This document shows positions 1 to 7,424 of a stretch of 32,000 bases of DNA, one piece after another. The notes under the pieces were generated by a model that worked only from the letters and a program-made list of their open reading frames with translations, did not search any database and had not been told where the DNA came from. The stretch's first letter is position 1; each line of letters opens with the position of its first letter. This DNA comes from Erysipelotrichaceae bacterium MTC7. GTDB lineage: Bacteria; Bacillota_I; Bacilli_A; Erysipelotrichales; Erysipelotrichaceae. Location of the stretch: the NCBI GenBank assembly GCA_001695645.1, contig LVZN01000078.1, forward strand, positions 61,609-93,608. Reading direction: 5' to 3'. The translations under genes were made by a program, and so were the position numbers.

Positions 1-1
1 A

Positions 2-697
2 AAAGATGAAATTGGTGAAGTAGCTGATGCTTTGGTTACGATGCATGATGAACTTGCCAAACAAGAGAAAACCAAAGAAGAAATGATACACAACATTTCC
101 CATGACTTGAAAACACCAATCGCAACCATCAAATCCTACGGAGAAAGCATCAAAGATGGAATTTATCCATACGATACACTTGAAAAAAGTGTGGATGTAA
201 TTATTGATAATGCCAACCGTTTGGAAAAAAAGGTTCGTAGCTTATTGTTTATGAATCGCGTGGAATACATTTTAAGTCAAGACAGTGATGAAGTGGTAAC
301 GGACATGCGTGATGTAGTTGATACCGTTGTGTTGAATACAAAAGTCATTCGTCCAGAAATTGAAATTGAAAAAAATACAGTGTCGTCACTGTTTAGAGGA
401 AATGAAGAGGCATGGCGTGTTTGTGTCGAAAACCTCTTAGAAAATGCTTTGCGTTATGCAAAAACACAAATAGTAATTACCTTGGATGAAGATCAACTTT
501 GCATTTATAACGATGGGGATCAAATTCCAGAGGAAATCTTACCGACGTTGTTTAAACCTTATGAAAAAGGTCGTGATGGTCAATTCGGACTTGGACTGAG
601 TATTGTATATAAGGTGGTTGCAGCTGCCAACTACACAGTGGTTGCTGAAAACGTGGAAACCGGTGGGGTTATCTTCAAAATAATTAAAGAATCGTAA
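2..697 (+). CDS. Sensor histidine kinase, C-terminal part (5' end lies outside the window)
   Basis: The frame is open from the window edge (KDEIGEVADALVTMHDEL...). It has an H-box HNISHDLKTPIATI, N-box ENLLENALRYA, G1 IYNDGDQIP and G2 GLGLSIV. Confidence 0.9.
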   Translation, partial: KDEIGEVADALVTMHDELAKQEKTKEEMIHNISHDLKTPIATIKSYGESIKDGIYPYDTLEKSVDVIIDNANRLEKKVRSLLFMNRVEYILSQDSDEVVTDMRDVVDTVVLNTKVIRPEIEIEKNTVSSLFRGNEEAWRVCVENLLENALRYAKTQIVITLDEDQLCIYNDGDQIPEEILPTLFKPYEKGRDGQFGLGLSIVYKVVAAANYTVVAENVETGGVIFKIIKES

Positions 698-713
698 GTA
701 GGAAGGAGAGTTT

Positions 714-2066
714 ATGGACAACCAAAAAGTAACAATTGAGGAATTGCAAAACCTCATACATAAAAAAGATGTACGAAGTATCCGTGAACTCTTTGATGAA
801 TACAACATTGTTGATATGAGTGAACTGGTTGAACAATTGGATATTCAAGATGTTCTATTTGTTTTTAAAACACTGAAGAAAAATGTCACAGCTGAGATAT
901 TTTCCTATTTAACATACGACCGACAAGAAGATTTAATTGAGATTTTTACAGGTCCAGAAATTCAAAGTATGTTAGATAACTTGTACAGTGATGACATCGT
1001 TGACTTCATGGAAGAAATGCCTGCTAACGTTGTAAAAAGGGTCTTGCAAAATGCAAAGCCAAACCAACGTGCAGAGATTAATAAATTGCTAAACTATCGA
1101 GAAGATTCATGCGGTTCTATTATGAATACCAATTACATTACCTTGAAGCGTAATGAGACGGTACTTGAATCCATTCATCGTTTGCGGAAGCTAAAAAACA
1201 TTGATCGTGCCTTAGGGTATGCGTATATTACCGATGCCAAACGTGAATTGATTGGTTCGCTCTCACTTAAACAACTTCTATATGAAGAAGACGCAGAAAT
1301 GATTGAAGAAATCATGGATACGGATTTGATCGTGGTCAATACTGACGATGATCAAGAGAAAGCTGCACAGCTGATTCGAAAGTATGATATATCAACCATT
1401 CCTGTTGTGAATGACGAAGGGAAAATCGCTGGAGCAATTACCTATGATGACATTTTAGATGTTATGGAAGAAGAAACAACGGAAGATATCCACAAGATGT
1501 CAGCGATTACGCCAACAGACAAGCCATACTTAGAAACAGGTGTCTTTGATATGTATAAACACCGTATCGTTTGGTTACTTGTGTTAATGATTGGAGCAAC
1601 GTTTACTGGAAATATCTTACTGATTTTTGAAGATCACCTGAAATCCGTCGCATATTTATCGGTGTTTATACCGATGTTGATGGATGCTGCAGGAAATGCG
1701 GGGAACCAAAGTAGTACGATGATTACTCGAGCATTAGCCTTGGGTGAAGTACATTTAACCGATATGCTAAAGATATGGTTTAAAGAAATTCGCGTTGCCT
1801 TCCTTTGTGGAGTTACCATGGGGATTGTGAACTTCTTTAGGGTCATTATCTTTATGGGAATGGTAGATGTGCAAACATCGATTGTGGTCTCAGTAACTGT
1901 GATGTGTACCGTTATGGTTGCCAAATTGATTGGATGTACATTGCCAATGATTGCTGAAAAACTTGGCTTCGACCCAGCAGTTATGGCTGGACCATTAATC
2001 ACAACACTTGTCGATGTTGTGGCGTTATTAATTTATTTAGGGCTTGCAAGTGTTTTCTTGCTGTAG
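714..2066 (+). CDS. mgtE: Magnesium transporter MgtE
   Basis: 450 aa with an MgtE N-domain and a CBS pair (IPVVNDEGKIAGAITYDDILDV). The C-terminal multi-TM channel domain carries DAAGNAGNQS. An SD GGAAGGAG lies 6-8 nt upstream. Confidence 0.92.
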   Translation: MDNQKVTIEELQNLIHKKDVRSIRELFDEYNIVDMSELVEQLDIQDVLFVFKTLKKNVTAEIFSYLTYDRQEDLIEIFTGPEIQSMLDNLYSDDIVDFMEEMPANVVKRVLQNAKPNQRAEINKLLNYREDSCGSIMNTNYITLKRNETVLESIHRLRKLKNIDRALGYAYITDAKRELIGSLSLKQLLYEEDAEMIEEIMDTDLIVVNTDDDQEKAAQLIRKYDISTIPVVNDEGKIAGAITYDDILDVMEEETTEDIHKMSAITPTDKPYLETGVFDMYKHRIVWLLVLMIGATFTGNILLIFEDHLKSVAYLSVFIPMLMDAAGNAGNQSSTMITRALALGEVHLTDMLKIWFKEIRVAFLCGVTMGIVNFFRVIIFMGMVDVQTSIVVSVTVMCTVMVAKLIGCTLPMIAEKLGFDPAVMAGPLITTLVDVVALLIYLGLASVFLL

Positions 2067-2083
2067 CCTAAAAGGAGGAGCAT

Positions 2084-3526
2084 ATGTTTAAAGATGATCA
2101 TTTACATCAAGCCATGCTTGAGTTTTTAGGAAAAAATGAAAATGAAATGATTACACCAGAAGAACTCGCAAAAATCGATATTCTGTCTTTACGTAATCGT
2201 GATATTTCATCGATTGATGGACTGGAAGATTGTATCAATTTGGAAGTGCTTGATTTAACAGGAAATCGAATTGAACACATACATGCCATTGAAAAGATGA
2301 ATAAATTGACAAAATTGCGTCTTTCACGCAATGCCTTACAAAGCATTGAACCGTTAAAGGACTTGCAACGTTTAACAAACTTGGATCTTTCACATAACGA
2401 AGTATTTCCACTGGACTTGCGACGTTTGAAAGATTTGGATAATTTGGAAGTGCTAAACATCAATAACACCAATGTCTCGCACATTGATAAACTGGATAAA
2501 TTAGACAAGCTACGTGAACTGCACGGTGGCGTACGAAGTGATACCTTTGATTTATCCGTGTATGCAGAATTAAAAAACTTAGAAGAACTGCATTTGCCTA
2601 AAATGTGGCTATACGATATTTGTAAGTTACGTGGGCTTGTTAAATTGCGTGTACTTGATGTATCAGGAAACTTGTTTTCTGATTTATCGGTTCTCGAAGA
2701 TTTTAAAGCCTTGGAAGAATTGAATCTTTCTAACAACAAATATTTACATGATATTTCGTTGCTTGCAAGTTGCAAGAATTTAAAAAGCTTACAACTAAGT
2801 AACTGTAAAGTATTTGATATAGAAGCTTTACGTGATTTAACAAAACTTGAAAATTTAAATTTGGAATACTGTGAAATTAAAGATTTAAGTCCCATTCGTA
2901 ATTTAACAAACCTAACGCGTTTGGATCTTGGGAAAAACCGAATTACTGATATTACCATTTTGGAAAAACTGGATAGGATAGAAAACTTAACAGTTGATCA
3001 TACGTATTTAAGTGATCTGTCGTTCTTAAAAAACTTTAAAGAAATTCATGAACTAGACTTTCACAATAATATGATTTTGGATATTTCACCTCTAGCGGAG
3101 TGTGCACATCTACGCGTACTTGATGCATCAAACAACTGGTTTAGTAATCTAGCACCTTTAGAAAATCTAACAGAGCTACAAGCTTTGAAGGTTGCCAACA
3201 ATAAAGTAGAGTCGATTGCACCACTAGCAAATTTAACAGAGCTTCGAATTCTTGATATTTATAACAATGTTGTGGAAGATTTATCACCAGTGCAAAATAT
3301 GATGAAACTCATTCGTTTGCGCGCAGATCATAACTCCATTATGGATTTAGCACCAATTCAAAATTTAACGAATCTAGTAAGTTTAACATTGAAAGCTAAC
3401 TATATTTCTGATTTGGAACCACTGATTGGTATGAGCAAACTCTATGAATTACGTTTGGATGCAAATCCATTAGAAAATATGGAACAGCTTGAAAAGATGC
3501 AGTACTTTGAAAAATTTACGTACTAG
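2084..3526 (+). CDS. Leucine-rich repeat protein (about 19-20 x 22-residue internalin-type LRRs) with no signal peptide or anchor
   Basis: The repeating unit LxxLxLxxNxIxDIxPLxxLxx runs from about residue 50 to the C-terminus. The N-terminus MFKDDHLHQAMLEFLGKNENE is hydrophilic. An SD AAAGGAGG is present, 17 bp after mgtE. Confidence 0.85.
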   Translation: MFKDDHLHQAMLEFLGKNENEMITPEELAKIDILSLRNRDISSIDGLEDCINLEVLDLTGNRIEHIHAIEKMNKLTKLRLSRNALQSIEPLKDLQRLTNLDLSHNEVFPLDLRRLKDLDNLEVLNINNTNVSHIDKLDKLDKLRELHGGVRSDTFDLSVYAELKNLEELHLPKMWLYDICKLRGLVKLRVLDVSGNLFSDLSVLEDFKALEELNLSNNKYLHDISLLASCKNLKSLQLSNCKVFDIEALRDLTKLENLNLEYCEIKDLSPIRNLTNLTRLDLGKNRITDITILEKLDRIENLTVDHTYLSDLSFLKNFKEIHELDFHNNMILDISPLAECAHLRVLDASNNWFSNLAPLENLTELQALKVANNKVESIAPLANLTELRILDIYNNVVEDLSPVQNMMKLIRLRADHNSIMDLAPIQNLTNLVSLTLKANYISDLEPLIGMSKLYELRLDANPLENMEQLEKMQYFEKFTY

Positions 3527-3538
3527 GAAAGGGAAACT

Positions 3539-3733
3539 ATGATGAAACATGTAATATTGCTTCGAGATATGAAAACGAAAGAAGATCGTGCGCGTGTCTC
3601 GGATGAACTGGACGACTTAGGTATCGAACACGACTTTGATTTAGAGCAAAAAACGCTCGTAATTAATGACCGTGGTGATGCAGTTCGTAATGCAACAAGA
3701 ATCTTAGGAGAAAATGGGTTTTTGACTTACTAA
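3539..3733 (+). CDS. Hypothetical 64-aa protein (possible small ferredoxin-like/HMA-like fold without CxxC)
   Basis: An ORF with SD-like GGAAAGGGA, 12 bp after the LRR gene and followed by a terminator. It has no recognisable motif. Confidence 0.5.
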   Translation: MMKHVILLRDMKTKEDRARVSDELDDLGIEHDFDLEQKTLVINDRGDAVRNATRILGENGFLTY

Positions 3734-3752
3734 AGTCAAAGCCCTTTTTTTA
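3716..3752 (+). terminator. Rho-independent terminator of the mgtE-LRR-64aa unit
   Basis: Stem GGGTTTTTGACTT / AAGTCAAAGCCC (imperfect) followed by TTTTTTTATTTTT. Confidence 0.6.
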
Positions 3753-3805
3753 TTTTTATGGAATTGGGCGTTTCTCAAAAGTGTAAATTTTAGCTTTTTA
3801 GGTGC

Positions 3806-3834
3806 TTGTCAAAGATTGTTGAATATGATAATAT
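3806..3834 (+). promoter_or_regulatory. Sigma-A-type promoter for the tRNA-Ser/tRNA-Gly pair
   Basis: -35 TTGTCA, a 17-nt spacer and -10 TAATAT with an upstream TG (TGaTAATAT), about 28 nt before the tRNA. Confidence 0.55.
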
Positions 3835-3862
3835 TAATAAGCGTTGTCACTAGAATAACTGT

Positions 3863-3953
3863 GGAGTAGTACTCAAGTGGCTGAAGAGGTGCCCCTGCTA
3901 AGGGTATAGGTCGGGAAACTGGCGCGAGAGTTCAAATCTCTCCTACTCCGCCA
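3863..3953 (+). tRNA. tRNA-Ser (anticodon GCU), CCA encoded
   Basis: Acceptor stem GGAGTAG/CTACTCC, anticodon loop CTGCTAA, a long variable arm and T-loop TTCAAAT. Confidence 0.95.
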
Positions 3954-3970
3954 TTTTTAAATCATCTAGT

Positions 3971-4044
3971 GCGAGCGTAGTTTAATGGTAGAACACGACC
4001 TTGCCAAGGTCGATACGGGAGTTCGATTCTCCTCGCTCGCTCCA
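3971..4044 (+). tRNA. tRNA-Gly (anticodon GCC), CCA encoded
   Basis: Acceptor stem GCGAGCG/CGCTCGC, anticodon stem CGACC/GGTCG with loop TTGCCAA, and T-loop TTCGATT. Confidence 0.95.
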
Positions 4045-4053
4045 TAGACTAAA

Positions 4054-4081
4054 TAAGGCCCAAGTAAAGGGCTTTTTTTTA
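4054..4081 (+). terminator. Terminator after the tRNA pair
   Basis: AAGGCCC-AAGTAA-GGGCTTT hairpin followed by a T8 run. Confidence 0.7.
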
Positions 4082-4166
4082 TCCATTTTGCAATTGGTAT
4101 GAATTTGGCACGAATTAATGCGTATTTTATTCGTTCATCATAATATCTAAACCTTAGAATTTGTTT

Positions 4167-4202
4167 AAAACCAGTAAAACATCAAATTTTACTGGTTTTT
4201 TT
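4167..4202 (+). terminator. Orphan strong hairpin plus T-tract (a second terminator or insulator between the tRNAs and the cst-like operon)
   Basis: Perfect 13-bp stem AAAACCAGTAAAA / TTTTACTGGTTTT with a 7-nt loop, followed by more T residues. No credible gene ends here. Confidence 0.5.
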
Positions 4203-4282
4203 GCACGTTTGACGAACTTTTTAAAAAGTTTGAGCACATCAGTATACAGATGGATGTTTGTTGGATAAGATAGAAATAGTTG

Positions 4283-4298
4283 ATACCCCAAGGGGTAT
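4283..4298 (+). promoter_or_regulatory. CsoR/CstR-family operator-like inverted repeat
   Basis: ATACCCC-AA-GGGGTAT lies immediately upstream of, and abuts, the SD AAGGAGG of the rhodanese gene. It matches the G/C-tract pseudo-palindrome (TACCC...GGGTA) typical of CsoR-family operators. Confidence 0.65.
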
Positions 4299-4310
4299 AA
4301 GGAGGTAGCT

Positions 4311-4613
4311 ATGTTTTTTTCAAAAATAAACTCAATTAGCACAACGGATTTGGAACAACAATTAAAGGAAAAGAAAGATATTGCCATATTGGATGTGCGT
4401 GAAAAAGATGAATTTAAAACAGGACACATCAAAGGTGCAATCAATATGCCATTGTCTGCATTTGATATTAGTAAATTAAAGAAACAAGAATATTATGTAA
4501 TTTGTGCATCAGGGATGCGTAGCAAACAAGCATGCAATTTTCTAACAAAACAAGGTTATGATGTGACCAATGTTAGTGGTGGTATGAGTCGTTGGCATGG
4601 CAAAATAGTATAA
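4311..4613 (+). CDS. Single-domain rhodanese (sulfurtransferase)
   Basis: 100 aa with LDVREKDEFKTGHIKGAINMP and the active-site loop YYVICASGMRSKQA. SD AAGGAGG is present. Confidence 0.85.
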   Translation: MFFSKINSISTTDLEQQLKEKKDIAILDVREKDEFKTGHIKGAINMPLSAFDISKLKKQEYYVICASGMRSKQACNFLTKQGYDVTNVSGGMSRWHGKIV

Positions 4614-4628
4614 CACTAGGGTGCTTAT

Positions 4629-4877
4629 ATGAAATGTGATGCGAAAATTATGAACCGTTTGAAACGCAGTGAAGGTCAACTTCACGGTGTGTTAAAGATG
4701 GTGGCAGAAGAAAAAGATTGTAAGGATATCGTGACTCAACTAAGTGCAGTTCGTTCGAGTGTGGACCGTATCATTGCATTAATCGTCGTGAATAACTTAA
4801 AAGAAATGTATGAAGAAGATGCATTGAGCGATGAACAAATTGATCAAGCAGTGGAACTGCTATTAAAGTCAAGATAA
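4629..4877 (+). CDS. CsoR/CstR-family (DUF156) transcriptional repressor, CstR-like
   Basis: 82 aa. NRLKRSEGQLHGVLKMV and EEKDCKDIVTQLSAVRSS match the CstR signature around the first sensing Cys, and the C-terminal helix is AVELLLKS. Confidence 0.85.
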   Translation: MKCDAKIMNRLKRSEGQLHGVLKMVAEEKDCKDIVTQLSAVRSSVDRIIALIVVNNLKEMYEEDALSDEQIDQAVELLLKSR

Positions 4878-4909
4878 AGTAAGCAAGATAAAGTAAGAAA
4901 GAGGGACCT

Positions 4910-6577
4910 ATGAAAATACTAATTGTCGGTGGTGTTGCAGGTGGTGCATCTGCAGCAGCAAGATTACGTCGTCTATCAAAAGATGACGAAATTATTCTAT
5001 TTGAAAAAGATGAGTATATCTCATTTGCGAATTGTGGTTTGCCATATTACATTGGTGGTGTCATTGAACAACGTGACAAGTTGTTGGTGCAAACCGTTGC
5101 GGGAATGAAACAACGCTTTGATTTGGATATTCGAAACTTTCAAGAAGTGGTTGCCCTACATCCAGATAAAAAAATAGTAGAAGTATACAATCACCAAACG
5201 AAAGAAAGTTATGAAGAGTCATATGACACATTGATTTTATCGCCAGGAGCAAATCCGATTTGGCCAAATCTACCAGGACTAGCAGAAGCCAAAAATGTGT
5301 TTAAATTGCGTAACGTTCCTGACACTGATCGCATTAAAGAAATGCTTGTACATCAACCAAAACAAGCAGTTGTGATCGGTGGTGGTTTCATTGGTGTAGA
5401 GATGGCAGAAAACTTACGTCATTTGGGTATGGATGTAACGTTAGTGGATTTAGCTGAACAAGTTTTAACACCATTTGATCCAGAAATATCTGCAGTAATT
5501 CAAAATGAAATTACTAGAAATGGTGTACAGTTAAAACTAGGTGTTGGTTTGGAAGGTTTTACAGATGAAGGAAAAACGGTTTTACTAAGCAATGGTGAAA
5601 AACTTTCATCCGACCTTACCATATTGGCAATTGGTGTATCTCCTGCTTCAAAGCTAGCAAAAGATGCTGGTCTGCAGTTAGGACTTAAAAATACGATTGT
5701 TGTTGATGCACAACTAAAAACCTCAGACCCTAACATTTATGCCATTGGTGATGTGATTCAAGTCAATCATTTGATTTCCAATACACCAACGTACATTCCT
5801 TTAGCTTGGCCAGCAAATCGTCAAGGACGTTTGGTGGCTGATCACATTCATGGCATTGATATTGCATACGAAGGAACGCTCGGTTCAAGTGTCGCAAAAG
5901 TCTTTGATATGGTAGCAGCTTCTACTGGTTTAAATGAAGTCATGGCAAGTAAACTTGGATATGACGTAGGTACAACGATTGTGCACCGAGGCAATCATGC
6001 AGGTTATTATCCAAATGCAAAAAACTTAACATTGAAACTTGTATACGATAAAGAAACGTTAAACATTCTTGGTGCACAAGGGGTTGGATACGAAGGGACA
6101 GAAAAACGTATTGACGTTATTGCGACTGCAATCTTTGGAAAATTAAAAGTTGCGGATTTAGCTAAATTGGAACTGTGTTATGCCCCACCATTTTCAAGTG
6201 CAAAAGACCCTGTAAACATTCTTGGTTATGCAGCAAGTCATACGATTTCTGGATTGTATGAAACCATCAACTACCAATGGGTTGACCAATTGGATGAATC
6301 AACGATGTTGTTGGATGTTCGTACGCCTAAAGAATACGCTGGTGGTCATATACCTGGTTCTGTTAATCTGGAATTGGACACCTTACGCGATCATGTAGAT
6401 AAGTTACCAAAAGATAAAGAAACACCAATTGTGGTGTACTGTCAAGTTGGTCAAAGAGCGCACTATGCCCTTTGTTTATTGGATCAATTGGGATATAAAA
6501 ATCTTTACAACGTTTCGGGTGGTTACACAACGTATAACCAAGTGCAAATAGCCCAAAAGAAACATGAAGATAAGTAA
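4910..6577 (+). CDS. CoA-disulfide reductase / CoA-persulfide reductase-type flavoprotein with a C-terminal rhodanese domain (CoADR-RHD)
   Basis: FAD fold ILIVGGVAGGASAAARLRR and redox Cys in SFANCGLPYY. There is a second dinucleotide fold VVIGGGFIGVE. The C-terminal rhodanese has LLDVRTPKEYAGGHIPGS and active-site VVYCQVGQRAH. Confidence 0.9.
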   Translation: MKILIVGGVAGGASAAARLRRLSKDDEIILFEKDEYISFANCGLPYYIGGVIEQRDKLLVQTVAGMKQRFDLDIRNFQEVVALHPDKKIVEVYNHQTKESYEESYDTLILSPGANPIWPNLPGLAEAKNVFKLRNVPDTDRIKEMLVHQPKQAVVIGGGFIGVEMAENLRHLGMDVTLVDLAEQVLTPFDPEISAVIQNEITRNGVQLKLGVGLEGFTDEGKTVLLSNGEKLSSDLTILAIGVSPASKLAKDAGLQLGLKNTIVVDAQLKTSDPNIYAIGDVIQVNHLISNTPTYIPLAWPANRQGRLVADHIHGIDIAYEGTLGSSVAKVFDMVAASTGLNEVMASKLGYDVGTTIVHRGNHAGYYPNAKNLTLKLVYDKETLNILGAQGVGYEGTEKRIDVIATAIFGKLKVADLAKLELCYAPPFSSAKDPVNILGYAASHTISGLYETINYQWVDQLDESTMLLDVRTPKEYAGGHIPGSVNLELDTLRDHVDKLPKDKETPIVVYCQVGQRAHYALCLLDQLGYKNLYNVSGGYTTYNQVQIAQKKHEDK

Positions 6578-6764
6578 AAAAGCGAATATCGGCAAGGACT
6601 GCGTAGCTTGTGGGACTTGTGTAAGATATTGTCCAATGAAAGCCATTGAAATTGAACGAGGAACCATCGCCATTGTTGATAATGACAAATGCGTTGGTTG
6701 TCAAAAGTGTATGAAAGTATGTCCAGCAAACATTATTACTATGGAAGAGGAAAGTCTATGTTAA
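6564..6764 (+). CDS. 2x[4Fe-4S] ferredoxin (66 aa)
   Basis: CVACGTCVRYCP and CVGCQKCMKVCP motifs. The ATG overlaps the last 14 nt of the CoADR-RHD gene, suggesting translational coupling, and there is no separate SD. Confidence 0.8.
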   Translation: MKISKKANIGKDCVACGTCVRYCPMKAIEIERGTIAIVDNDKCVGCQKCMKVCPANIITMEEESLC

Positions 6765-7324
6765 GGTTGAAAAAACCATGGTACACATATCTATGGATAG
6801 CATCAGTTATTTACCTAATGCTTGGATTTGTGAATATCTTGTTTGCCTGGTTAGGGTTGATTTGCTTTACGATACCTTTGTTTATTTCATTTCGATTTGG
6901 AAGTAAAGCCTACTGTAATCATTATTGTGGAAGAGGACAGTTTTTAGAGTTACTTGGGGAAACCTATGGTTTATCAAGAAAACGAGTTCCGCCAAAGTTT
7001 CTTGCAAAAAAATGGTTTCGCTATGGTTTTCTTACCTTCTTCATGCTTATGTTTCTCAATATGTTGTATATCACGTATTTGGTCTTTGCTGGTCAAGAAC
7101 TAAATGAAGTTGTAACCTTACTGTGGACCTTTAAAGTTCCATGGGCATGGGGCGTAACTCACATTGTTGCTCCAGGCATTGCGCAATTTGCCTTCGGGTT
7201 TTATAGCGTCATGTTGACGTCAACAATTTTAGGTTTGTTGACGATGTTTATATATCGACCACGTACCTGGTGTGTCTATTGTCCAATGGGGACGATGACG
7301 CAAATGATTTGTAAAAGAAAATAA
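6758..7324 (+). CDS. Polytopic membrane Fe-S protein (NapH/NosR Fer4_5-like CxxxC-P/G motifs)
   Basis: I moved the start from the track's 6689 to ATG 6758 (SD GGAAGAGGAAAG; ATGTTAA overlap with the ferredoxin stop). It has several hydrophobic helices. The Cys motifs are YCNHYCGRGQ and WCVYCPMGT. Confidence 0.7.
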   Translation: MLRLKKPWYTYLWIASVIYLMLGFVNILFAWLGLICFTIPLFISFRFGSKAYCNHYCGRGQFLELLGETYGLSRKRVPPKFLAKKWFRYGFLTFFMLMFLNMLYITYLVFAGQELNEVVTLLWTFKVPWAWGVTHIVAPGIAQFAFGFYSVMLTSTILGLLTMFIYRPRTWCVYCPMGTMTQMICKRK

Positions 7325-7330
7325 TGAAAA

Positions 7331-7357
7331 AAATCGCAGTAAAAAGCTGTGATTTTT
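7331..7357 (+). terminator. Terminator of the cst-like operon
   Basis: AAATCGCAG-N7-CTGTGATTT hairpin (one G.U pair) running into a T5 run. Confidence 0.6.
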
Positions 7358-7424
7358 GCGTAAGAAGCAAAAGAATTGCTTATTTTGTACTTTGTAATAT
7401 GATGAAGCAAAGGAAGTGATATTT

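Noticed and set aside
698-713. A possible M-box (Mg2+) riboswitch in front of mgtE.
   Set aside because: Only 16 bp separate mgtE from the histidine kinase stop, which leaves no room for a riboswitch. mgtE is apparently co-transcribed with the two-component genes.
2107-2958. A 283-aa ORF on the minus strand, antisense to the LRR gene.
   Set aside because: It lies entirely inside the strongly supported plus-strand LRR CDS. Its product is low-complexity (Ser/Lys/Phe-rich) with no motif, and it has no SD. This is the typical antisense shadow of a repetitive AT-rich gene.
4154-4444. A 96-aa minus-strand ORF overlapping the rhodanese start and the operator.
   Set aside because: It reads through a 13-bp perfect hairpin and the operator, and is antisense to a well-supported CDS. 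It has no SD or motifs.
6689-6757. Long N-terminal extensions in the ORF track. This one starts at 6689; similar extensions start at 8721, 20186 and 22780.
   Set aside because: The extensions overlap upstream genes or lack an SD. In each case an internal ATG with a good SD gives the canonical protein N-terminus (6758, 8772, 20285 and 22849).
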